The notes beneath the pieces are model-generated. The model had not been told where the DNA came from. It saw only the letters and a program-made list of their open reading frames with translations, and did no database searches. Both the position numbers and the translations under genes were made by a program. From NCBI GenBank assembly GCA_004347685.1, contig SLTJ01000037.1:7417-71416 (forward strand): a DNA stretch of 64,000 nucleotides, read 5' to 3'. The stretch is from Clostridia bacterium (GTDB lineage Bacteria; Bacillota; DSM-521; Neomoorellales; SLTJ01). Position 1 is the stretch's first letter. The number at the start of each line of letters is the position of its first letter. This document shows positions 32,523-39,822 of this stretch, piece after piece.

Positions 32523-34637
32523 TTACTTCAAGGGAAGGCTGGTCAGTTTTGTTATCTCTTCCTCCGAATAGCCCAATCCCTGCCAGTCAAAGACACCCTT
32601 CTCGCTGTGGCAGCCGGTACATGACCGCCCCCCGGCCGTGATGGCATGGTTGATCATCAGCGTGGCATCCATGGGCATGGGCGCCCACATATACTCCCCG
32701 CTCCAGGGACCGGGGGTGAACCGCTGGTTAAATTCCGCCGCCATCTTTGTCAGGTATGGGACCATTTCCTGGCTGTACAGCATCTGCATAAAGGGACTGG
32801 CCATAGCCGACTTCACGGCGGCGTCGGGATCACCCGTCTCCTTGAGCATTTTCAAGTCAAAGGGGAGCAGGATAAACGGATTCTTTTTGTCCACCGGCAT
32901 TATGGAGTTAAAGCCACGGAACGGGGTAATCTTGTCCTCCGGCGGATTCCCCTTTTGCCCTGGATAGACGAGCCCTTTACTGGAAAGGGCATTGGCCATG
33001 GCCGTACCGGTGCCATTGAACCAGCGCCAGGCGATTTTGCCGGGTTCATGGGTGATGGTCGGCTCATAATAGCCGGTTTCCGGATTGAGTACCATCTTCG
33101 ACCAGTCGTACAGGCTGAAGGCCGTATCAGGTACGTGGCAGGACTCGCAGGCCAGTACCTGGGCGTGCTCGTTCAGCAGTTCGCCGGTCTGGTTCTGGTG
33201 CGGCGCGGGTGTATGACATTTGGCGCACGACACTTCTACCTCAGGCAGGTCGTTGTCCACCAGGTCCGTCGCCGCCTGCCCCTTGGCTATCTTGTGGTTC
33301 TGCACGGTATGGCAATCAGTGCACTCCATCCCGGCGGCCGCATGTACGTCGGTGGCCGGAGTAAAGGGCGTCATCCGCTTATATTTCTCCCCCTGCATGG
33401 CGTGCTCGTGACAGCGCATACAGATTTCGGTGTTCGTCGGGCCGACCGTTAAAGCGGCTGCGTACGCCTCCTCGGGATCCAGAGTGAAAACTCCAGCCTT
33501 GCCCTGAGGCGTGTCAACGTACTCCACCCGGCGGGCCGGGTACTTCTCGGCGTGGCAAATGAGGCAGTCCAGCTTTTCCTTTTCGGCCGGGTCGGGCGTA
33601 TCGGCCATGAAGTTGGGCGGCCCAGTCGTACCCAGGGTGACATGGCACTTGCCGCAACTGTTCAAGGTATCGGCCTGGCCCGTAGTGTTGCTGGTGGCCA
33701 GATAGGCCCAGGAGATGCCGGCGGCTCCGGCCGGGAACCCGCAAAAGCGGTTGGCCATCCCCGCTGGTAGGTCATAGCTACCACCGTTGAAATCCTTGGT
33801 GGCCGCACCGTAGTCTACCAACCGATAATGCGCGGTATCCAACAGTTCCTCTCCGGCCTGCGGGTGGCAGGTGAGACAGGTATTGGCTCCGGCATAACCG
33901 TTAGCCTCGATGTAGGCAGTACCCGGATGGGCGGTATTGAGCTGTACCTGTGACGGTGTTTCCTGTAGCGGTGTTTCCTGACCGGCCCGGTGCGCGGCGG
34001 CCGTTACTAGCTTAATACCTGCCTGTGGGTCATAACTTACACCGTACCCGAGTGCATTGGCCACAAAGCGTAACGGCAAGAAACTCCGCCCACCCGCCAG
34101 ACGTGCTGCCGGGGCCTGCTGCTCAACCGCGTTGACCATAACCTGGCCGCTACGCGCGTTAAATGACACCGTGGTTGCGGCATGGCGCAAAACGACTACC
34201 TTCTCCTTGTGCTGCCACTCTACCTGCAGGCCGAGTACACGGGCCAACTCCCGGGCGGGTGCCAGGAACTGGCCACGCGCCATGTAACCGGTCAGCCGGA
34301 CCCGGTCGCCGCCGACCGTTACCACCATACTCGCCGGCTCCAGGCCCTGCGGCCTCGAGATGGCTGCCTTGGGGGCACCGGGAGCTGTAGTTGGCGGGTT
34401 TGTTTTGACACCCGCACCGCCTGTGGCCGGCTTGGCCATGGCCTGAAAATCGCGGCCGGCTGCCACCCATTTCCGGCCAAATTCATTGAGGGCCGGTACG
34501 GCGCTGTGGCACAGGTTGCAGCTTTTTTCGTAACCGGCAGGGACCTTATCTATGTAGTCCGGTTTGGCCTGGGCTTCCGCAGATACTAGCAGCACCACCA
34601 ACATAAGCACCGAACTCAAGATCAATTTCTTCCACAT
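32523..34637 (-). CDS. Secreted nine-heme c-type cytochrome with an inserted copper-amine-oxidase-N-terminal-like (cell-wall-associated stalk) domain
   Basis: Signal peptide MWKKLILSSVLMLVVLLVSAEAQA. Nine CxxCH motifs (CNLCH, CLTCH, CGKCH, CLICH, CMRCH, CTDCH, CAKCH, CESCH, CTGCH). The segment VTVGGDRVRL...LPLRFVANALGYGVSYDP resembles Cu_amine_oxidN1. Confidence 0.85.
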   Translation of the reverse strand: MWKKLILSSVLMLVVLLVSAEAQAKPDYIDKVPAGYEKSCNLCHSAVPALNEFGRKWVAAGRDFQAMAKPATGGAGVKTNPPTTAPGAPKAAISRPQGLEPASMVVTVGGDRVRLTGYMARGQFLAPARELARVLGLQVEWQHKEKVVVLRHAATTVSFNARSGQVMVNAVEQQAPAARLAGGRSFLPLRFVANALGYGVSYDPQAGIKLVTAAAHRAGQETPLQETPSQVQLNTAHPGTAYIEANGYAGANTCLTCHPQAGEELLDTAHYRLVDYGAATKDFNGGSYDLPAGMANRFCGFPAGAAGISWAYLATSNTTGQADTLNSCGKCHVTLGTTGPPNFMADTPDPAEKEKLDCLICHAEKYPARRVEYVDTPQGKAGVFTLDPEEAYAAALTVGPTNTEICMRCHEHAMQGEKYKRMTPFTPATDVHAAAGMECTDCHTVQNHKIAKGQAATDLVDNDLPEVEVSCAKCHTPAPHQNQTGELLNEHAQVLACESCHVPDTAFSLYDWSKMVLNPETGYYEPTITHEPGKIAWRWFNGTGTAMANALSSKGLVYPGQKGNPPEDKITPFRGFNSIMPVDKKNPFILLPFDLKMLKETGDPDAAVKSAMASPFMQMLYSQEMVPYLTKMAAEFNQRFTPGPWSGEYMWAPMPMDATLMINHAITAGGRSCTGCHSEKGVFDWQGLGYSEEEITKLTSLPLK

Positions 34638-34831
34638 TGCGTCTCCGCCTTCTCCTCCCTTCCATTATTCTCTCTCGTTACAGATGCCGGTATATCCTCA
34701 TTCCCACCCCCCTGCAAGTATTGAGTGGTTATAAAATTATATCAAGATCAATAACCATGTTAAGTCGCTAGTACATTATTTCCTATGTTGCGGTACTGAT
34801 AGTATATCAACATCACAACTGGGTTGTGTTT

Positions 34832-34860
34832 ATTATACTATGAATACCATACGCTGTCAA
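34832..34860 (-). promoter_or_regulatory. Consensus sigma-A promoter facing the cytochrome gene (~190-nt 5' UTR)
   Basis: Minus strand TTGACA, 17 nt, TATAAT. Confidence 0.6.
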
Positions 34861-34908
34861 TAGAGAAAGACAAAACAATATCTCTGGGGGCATTGGGGGC
34901 AAAAAGGG

Positions 34909-34938
34909 TTTGACAGCGGCTGGATCACGTGCTATAAT
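34909..34938 (+). promoter_or_regulatory. Consensus sigma-A promoter of the tRNA cluster
   Basis: TTGACA (34909-34914), 18 nt, TATAAT (34933-34938), 13 nt before tRNA-Asp. Confidence 0.7.
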
Positions 34939-34951
34939 ACCCACTGCAAAG

Positions 34952-35028
34952 GGAGCCGTAGTGCAGGGGTTTAACACGCTGGCCTGTCAAGCCAGAGATC
35001 GCGGGTTCAATTCCCGTCGGCTCCGCCA
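34952..35028 (+). tRNA. tRNA-Asp (GTC)
   Basis: Cloverleaf: acceptor GGAGCCG/CGGCTCC, anticodon loop CTGTCAA, T-arm GCGGGTTCAATTCCCGT, encoded CCA. Confidence 0.95.
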
Positions 35029-35033
35029 TCTAT

Positions 35034-35109
35034 GCCTCGGTAGCTCAGTCGGTAGAGCAGTGGACTGAAAATCCACGTGTCGGCGGTTCGATTCCGCCCT
35101 GAGGCACCA
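35034..35109 (+). tRNA. tRNA-Phe (GAA)
   Basis: GCCTCGGTAGCTCAGTCGGTAGAGC..ACTGAAAAT..GGTTCGATTCC..CCA. Confidence 0.95.
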
Positions 35110-35135
35110 AACAAAATATGAAAACAACCAAACGA

Positions 35136-35210
<75 letters not shown>

Positions 35211-35219
35211 TTTGTTTGT

Positions 35220-35295
35220 GGTGCGGTGGCGAAGTGGCTAACGCCGCGGTCTGCAAAACCGCTATTCGCCGGTTCGAGTCCGGCCCGCACCTCCA
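35220..35295 (+). tRNA. tRNA-Cys (GCA)
   Basis: GGTGCGGTGGCGAAGTGG..TCTGCAAAA..GGTTCGAGTCC..CCGCACCTCCA. Confidence 0.95.
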
Positions 35296-35311
35296 GCAAT
35301 GACAAAAGTCT

Positions 35312-35346
35312 GGCCCTAGCGACGATAGCTCGCTAGGGCTTTTTGT
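35312..35346 (+). terminator. Rho-independent terminator of the tRNA cluster
   Basis: GGCCCTAGCGA-CGATAGC-TCGCTAGGGC followed by TTTTTGT. Confidence 0.8.
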
Positions 35347-35491
35347 CATAACTTTGTCATGAAAGATTTCCCCTGAAAAGCCTGGCTGCGTCTTTTTGGG
35401 TCGTTGGCGGCACATGGGTATAAAAGTCCGCAAATGAGCAGCACTTCTTGCGAAGCGAAGGAGTAAAGCCTATCAACTGGAGACCCTGCGG

Positions 35492-35755
35492 GTGCCATTG
35501 GACAAGGTGGACCTCACCGACGACAACCTGCTCGAACTGCGGCAGTTCGCGCCCGGCGAGTTCGTACACGTGGGGATCAACCCGGCGCAGCCCACCGTCT
35601 TCGACGCCGCCCAGAGGAGCGGAGGCGGCGGGCGGGCATCCCAGCCAAAGAGGGGGCCGGCAGAAGTTGCAGGGCTGGTGGAGGAGGAAGACGAAGAAGA
35701 CGACCGCACCGCCCGGGTCCTGCCCGTGCGGCAGTGGGATTTCCGAAACCTGTAA
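35492..35755 (+). CDS. Hypothetical ORF (acidic C-terminal half), possibly a gene remnant
   Basis: GTG-started ORF. The frame is open from 35438 (..YQLETLRVPLDKVDLTDDNLLELRQF..). No motif recognised. Confidence 0.2.
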   Translation: MPLDKVDLTDDNLLELRQFAPGEFVHVGINPAQPTVFDAAQRSGGGGRASQPKRGPAEVAGLVEEEDEEDDRTARVLPVRQWDFRNL

Positions 35756-35837
35756 TTAGCGGTGGAAATTCCGGTATGTACGGGTTATAATGAAATCCAA
35801 TTAAGGTACATATCTTACCAAGGGAGAGTTAAGGCAG

Positions 35838-36131
35838 GTGGCTGTTAACATACATCCCCATGCCCGCCAGCGGATGGAGGAGCGTGGGGCCACCTACGAA
35901 GAAATTGTGGCCACCGTGCAACAAGGAGAGCAGTTTCCGGCCAAGTTTGGGCGTACAGGCTTTCGCCGCAACTTCGAGTACAACGGGATATGGCTTGGTA
36001 AGTTTTATCGGAGTAAACAGGTAGAAGTGTATGCCGTCAAGGAAGGGACTGACTGGCTGGCTGGCTGGCTGGCTGGTTATCACTATCGTCACCCGCTATT
36101 TTTAGTCACGAAGGGAGCTGAGGATGCTTGA
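35838..36131 (+). CDS. DUF4258-family toxin-like protein, C-terminus altered by a tetranucleotide repeat
   Basis: N-terminus HPHARQRMEERGATYEEIVATV is typical of DUF4258. After (CTGG)6 the frame reads ..YHYRHPLFLVTKGAEDA and runs into the start of the next gene. Confidence 0.7.
   Translation: MAVNIHPHARQRMEERGATYEEIVATVQQGEQFPAKFGRTGFRRNFEYNGIWLGKFYRSKQVEVYAVKEGTDWLAGWLAGYHYRHPLFLVTKGAEDA
36053..36076 (+). repeat. (CTGG)6 perfect tetranucleotide repeat inside the DUF4258 gene
   Basis: Six tandem CTGG units read directly: gaCTGGCTGGCTGGCTGGCTGGCTGGttatc. Confidence 0.95.
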
Positions 36132-36367
36132 AGTTCACCTATGACCCGCGCTATAACATAGCGTATATTTTGTTCAGGGAAAAGGGAGAAAAGGTGCGCA
36201 CGGTGCAGGTCAGCGACGAACTTAACATTGATCTGGCGCCAGACGGGACGATTTACGGCATAGAACTGCTGAACGCCAATGAGCAATTGCAGCGTGAAGA
36301 AGGCATGGGGCGGCTGCTCGTGATAAACGAAGCTACAGGCACCGAAGCCGAGGTACCCTTGCCCTGA
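36128..36367 (+). CDS. DUF2283-family protein (usual antitoxin-like partner of DUF4258)
   Basis: MKFTYDPRYNIAYILF...DLAPDGTIYGIELLNA is the typical DUF2283 pattern. TTG start. Confidence 0.75.
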   Translation: MKFTYDPRYNIAYILFREKGEKVRTVQVSDELNIDLAPDGTIYGIELLNANEQLQREEGMGRLLVINEATGTEAEVPLP

Positions 36368-36437
36368 GAGATAAAGCGAGATATGGCCTTGACTTACTCC
36401 CTGACCGGAGACAAAGCGGTTTATCCAGCAGTTTGAC

Positions 36438-36665
36438 ATGGGCAAAGGCGACTACACCAGGGAGAGAGACCAGTGGCTCGGCGACTTGACCATCGAGCAA
36501 ATCGTCAAGGAGGCCAGGGAAGCAGGGAAGGTGAGCACGTATAATGCAAAACGTTATAACCAGGAGCTGAACACCGGATTTACATATCCCCGACGACATT
36601 TGAATACGAAGAGCCGACCACCTCGCTGCTATGGCCGGGGGATAAAGAGGCAGCTTGTCGGTTGA
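36438..36665 (+). CDS. Hypothetical small ORF
   Basis: ATG ORF. Only the first ~30 aa look protein-like. Confidence 0.25.
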   Translation: MGKGDYTRERDQWLGDLTIEQIVKEAREAGKVSTYNAKRYNQELNTGFTYPRRHLNTKSRPPRCYGRGIKRQLVG

Positions 36666-37543
36666 CGGGCGCCGGCAAGCGCACCTGGTCCAGGATGGGC
36701 CGCGAAAGGGACGAGGACTCCTTAACCTGGAACGTGTTCAGGTACCTGGAGCGTAACGGTCTCCTGGATAAACTCGGCGACCTATTGAAGCGGAACAACC
36801 CTGCGCTGCCGGGGCTCGGGTTCTCCGAGAAGGTCGTCTATTGGTCCGTCGACCTTGAAAGAATGGCCACGTGGGAAAGTTTGCAGAAGGCCAGAAACCA
36901 GATAGGTGAGGGCACAAAAGGCTCCGAGCCGGATATCGTCGTCGTCTTCCAGGGGGCGGTTGTGCTCATAGAGGTGAAGTTCGACTCTGCCTCTGTAACG
37001 CCAGCTCCTTCCCCGATCCCCTCTTACTACCGCGATGAACGCGGTGTATTTAAAAAAGATCTCCAATCCACGGCCGGTGTTAACAGCATCGGTTACGAGC
37101 TCATGCGGTTCTTTCTTCTGGGAGAAGCTTTAAAAGAGCAGCTTAGGAAGCCTTTGGCCGTGATTTCGCTCACCCAGGACAGCCTAGATGCCGACCTGGC
37201 ACGGCGTGTAAATGAAGCGGTCCATCTCGACGTTGCGAGGTGCTATGCTCGGCTGACCTGGGGTGAGGTATATAAGTTCATCGATGCTTCCATGACCAGG
37301 ATCTCTCCTAGAAATGGCAAGGCTTCCATAGATGGAAGCAACTGCCATTTTTTATTTCTATGGTTTCTGATAAGATATCTCATTACCTTTCCATTGCAGT
37401 CCTCGCTGGCACCCGGCGGGGTCGAGCTTCCGGCGCGGGAGCTCGAGGCTGACGTTGAGAGAAAATTTGACCTTTCGCTACGGTCTTCGCTAACTCCTCC
37501 GGTTCTCCTTCGCTTCTGCTCCACTTATCCACAGTACAAGTAG
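36662..37543 (+). CDS. PD-(D/E)XK nuclease-like hypothetical protein (C-terminal ~80 aa look non-native)
   Basis: SEPDIVVVFQGAVVLIEVKF gives a PD...EVK motif, preceded by EDSLTWNVFRYLE. The start could be the ATG at 36695. The tail after ..WGEVYKFIDASM is AT-rich and low-complexity. Confidence 0.55.
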   Translation: MTGAGKRTWSRMGRERDEDSLTWNVFRYLERNGLLDKLGDLLKRNNPALPGLGFSEKVVYWSVDLERMATWESLQKARNQIGEGTKGSEPDIVVVFQGAVVLIEVKFDSASVTPAPSPIPSYYRDERGVFKKDLQSTAGVNSIGYELMRFFLLGEALKEQLRKPLAVISLTQDSLDADLARRVNEAVHLDVARCYARLTWGEVYKFIDASMTRISPRNGKASIDGSNCHFLFLWFLIRYLITFPLQSSLAPGGVELPARELEADVERKFDLSLRSSLTPPVLLRFCSTYPQYK

Positions 37544-37790
37544 CCCTGACCAATAGCCGTACTAGTCAGCCCATTGCCCGCGCATATCAAAGAAGATCAG
37601 ACATCTTGGGCACCAACTGGCGCAAAGATCTCCCTCGCCCCCAGGTTCCCGCGGGGTCATTATACCATGTGGCCATGGGAAAAGGAAGGCACCTGCTCTT
37701 GTCTTTTCCTGTTACCCCCTGTGACCATGCCGGCAAGCACCAGAAAGAGGCGGGGGCGTTGCCAGGGTGACTGACTGATCGCCAAAGGAC

Positions 37791-38273
37791 CTACCACGAA
37801 AGGAACGACACCACGAAACCAACTAGAAAAATGCCGTCAAAGACACCGGCGCCACCAATGCTCACCACCTGGGCCTCCAGGCTACGAATAGCCCGCAAAT
37901 TTAACAGATCGGCTCCCACCAACGTGCCCATGGACCCCGAGATGTAGCCTACCGGCGCCGCCGCTTCCCCGCCGGCAATAATGGCCACGGCAGCCGCCAC
38001 CAGCGGCGGGATAAATGCCGGTAAGGAAATCCCCACCCCGGGCACCGGCCGGGCCAGGAGCATGGCCACCGCAGCCACGGCGGCCATGCCGATGAGGCTC
38101 GGCAACAAGGGAGCCCGGGTGAGCAAAAGGTAGGCGGAAAAGGCAACGGGAATGACCGCTCCACCAAGGTTAATGCAAAGCACCTGCTCTATAGCCTGGG
38201 GCGGGTAGTAGAAAAAATAAAAGGGCCGCGGCCGCACCATGACCCGCCGGCGGCTAACAGGGATGTTGACCAT
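37791..38273 (-). CDS. DUF1614-family membrane protein
   Basis: INLGGAVIPV...GGAGVFDGIF pattern. The frame is open for 20 more codons upstream with no ATG/GTG, so the start is uncertain. Confidence 0.7.
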   Translation of the reverse strand: MVNIPVSRRRVMVRPRPFYFFYYPPQAIEQVLCINLGGAVIPVAFSAYLLLTRAPLLPSLIGMAAVAAVAMLLARPVPGVGISLPAFIPPLVAAAVAIIAGGEAAAPVGYISGSMGTLVGADLLNLRAIRSLEAQVVSIGGAGVFDGIFLVGFVVSFLSW

Positions 38274-38389
38274 GCCGCCCAGGAGGGAGACCAGAGAAAA
38301 AGCATGGCCCCCAGGGGTGAGAGGGCCCTTCCCTTAGTTAGCTTACCCTTTCGCCCTCTCAAGGCAAAATCCTTCTTGCAAAAGTCTCC

Positions 38390-38448
38390 TTGACATTTGT
38401 CTGGACGCGGGATACAATAGCTCCAGCCTGACTGACCAGACGGTCAGT
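38390..38448 (+). promoter_or_regulatory. Efflux-operon promoter with a palindromic operator (probable TetR site)
   Basis: TTGACA (38390-95), 17 nt, TACAAT (38413-18), then the inverted repeat ACTGACC-AGAC-GGTCAGT at 38431-38448. Confidence 0.6.
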
Positions 38449-38492
38449 GAAAAAATAGTCAAAAGAATATCCTGCCGGGAGGGGAATTAACC

Positions 38493-39791
38493 ATGCGAAG
38501 GTTAGGCAGCGGGAGATGGATGGCTGGCCTACATAAGCGCGCCCTGGGATTCGGGGCCGCAGGGCTGATCCTGACTGCGGGCTTGCTGGCTGGCTGCGGC
38601 CTCAACCAAGAAACTTCGGGAGCCGAAACCAAGACAGAGGTTCCGGTAGAGGTAGCCCTGGTAGCCCGCGGCAACCTACAGCAAAGCAGCACCATCAACG
38701 GCCAGATTCAGGCCAAGGTAGAGGTTAACGTGGTACCCAAAGCCCAGGGCAAAGTACAGAGCGTGGCCGTGGACGTGGGTGACGTGGTGAAGGCCGGGCT
38801 GGTGCTGGTGCGACTGGATACCACCGACATTGACGCACAAATCCGCCAGGCCGAGGCCGCCGTGGAGGCGGCGCGCAAAGGCTTGGCTCTGCTGCAGGCC
38901 GGAGCTACCCCGCAACAGATCGAAGCGGCCCGGGCCCAGGTAAGCCAGGCTGAAACCAACTATAACGCCGCTAAGACCAACCTGGAACGCATGCAGTTCC
39001 TTTTTGCCCAGGGGGCCATCTCACAGCAGCAGCTTGATGCGGCCCAGGCCCAGCACGACGCGGCCCAGGCCGGCCTGGACGCGGCTCGGGCCAATCTTTC
39101 CGGGCTCGAGGCCGGGGCACGGAAGGAGCAGGTCGAGCAGGTCCAAGCCCAGGTGAAGCAGGCTGAGGCGGCCCTGAACGTGCTGTCAACCCAGAAGGCC
39201 AACTTTACGGTTACGGCCCCGGTGAGCGGGGTGGTGGCCGCCCGCAACATAGATCCCGGCGAAATGGCCAGCCCGGCCATGCCGGTGATTACCCTGGCGC
39301 AACTGGACCCGGTGCTGGTTCAGGCCACGGTAAGCGAGCGGGAGATTAACTACCTGAAGCCCGGGCAGGAAGTTAAAGTACAGGTGCCGGCCGTGCAGGC
39401 CGAAGCCTTCACCGGCCGCATCAGTGCTTTAAGCCCGGTGGCCGATCCCCGCAGCCGCGGCTACACAGTGAAAATAGAGATCGCGAATCCCAAAGGATTG
39501 CTCAAGCCGGGCATGGCCGCCCAGCTTCAGGTCGGCCTGGAAACCATCGAAAATCAGCTTATCATCCCGGTCCAGGCCCTGGTAGATAAAGGCCAAGCCA
39601 TGGTAGTGTACATTGTCGAGGATGGCAAGGCTCTGGAAAAGACAGTTACGGTGGCCCTCGAGACGCAGGACAAGGCCGCCATCAGCAACGGCCTGGCCGA
39701 GGGCCAGCAGGTGGTAGTTAGCGGCCAGAACTACCTGCGCAATGGCGATCCCGTCCGGGTTCTGACCGGCAACGGGGGTAAAGTGCAGTGA
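38493..39791 (+). CDS. RND efflux periplasmic adaptor (membrane fusion protein, HlyD family)
   Basis: N-terminal anchor/lipobox-like LLAGCG, long coiled-coil (QAEAAVEAARK...), beta-barrel C-terminus. Confidence 0.85.
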   Translation: MRRLGSGRWMAGLHKRALGFGAAGLILTAGLLAGCGLNQETSGAETKTEVPVEVALVARGNLQQSSTINGQIQAKVEVNVVPKAQGKVQSVAVDVGDVVKAGLVLVRLDTTDIDAQIRQAEAAVEAARKGLALLQAGATPQQIEAARAQVSQAETNYNAAKTNLERMQFLFAQGAISQQQLDAAQAQHDAAQAGLDAARANLSGLEAGARKEQVEQVQAQVKQAEAALNVLSTQKANFTVTAPVSGVVAARNIDPGEMASPAMPVITLAQLDPVLVQATVSEREINYLKPGQEVKVQVPAVQAEAFTGRISALSPVADPRSRGYTVKIEIANPKGLLKPGMAAQLQVGLETIENQLIIPVQALVDKGQAMVVYIVEDGKALEKTVTVALETQDKAAISNGLAEGQQVVVSGQNYLRNGDPVRVLTGNGGKVQ

Positions 39792-39822
39792 GCGCGCCTG
39801 CCGGGAGAGGGGGTAGGAGTTA

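Noticed and set aside
35296-37790. Classical integrated element with attL/attR at tRNA-Cys
   Set aside because: No integrase gene, and no repeat of the tRNA-Cys 3' end (GGTTCGAGTCCGGCCCGCACCTCCA) was seen downstream. It is therefore described only as a compositionally distinct islet.
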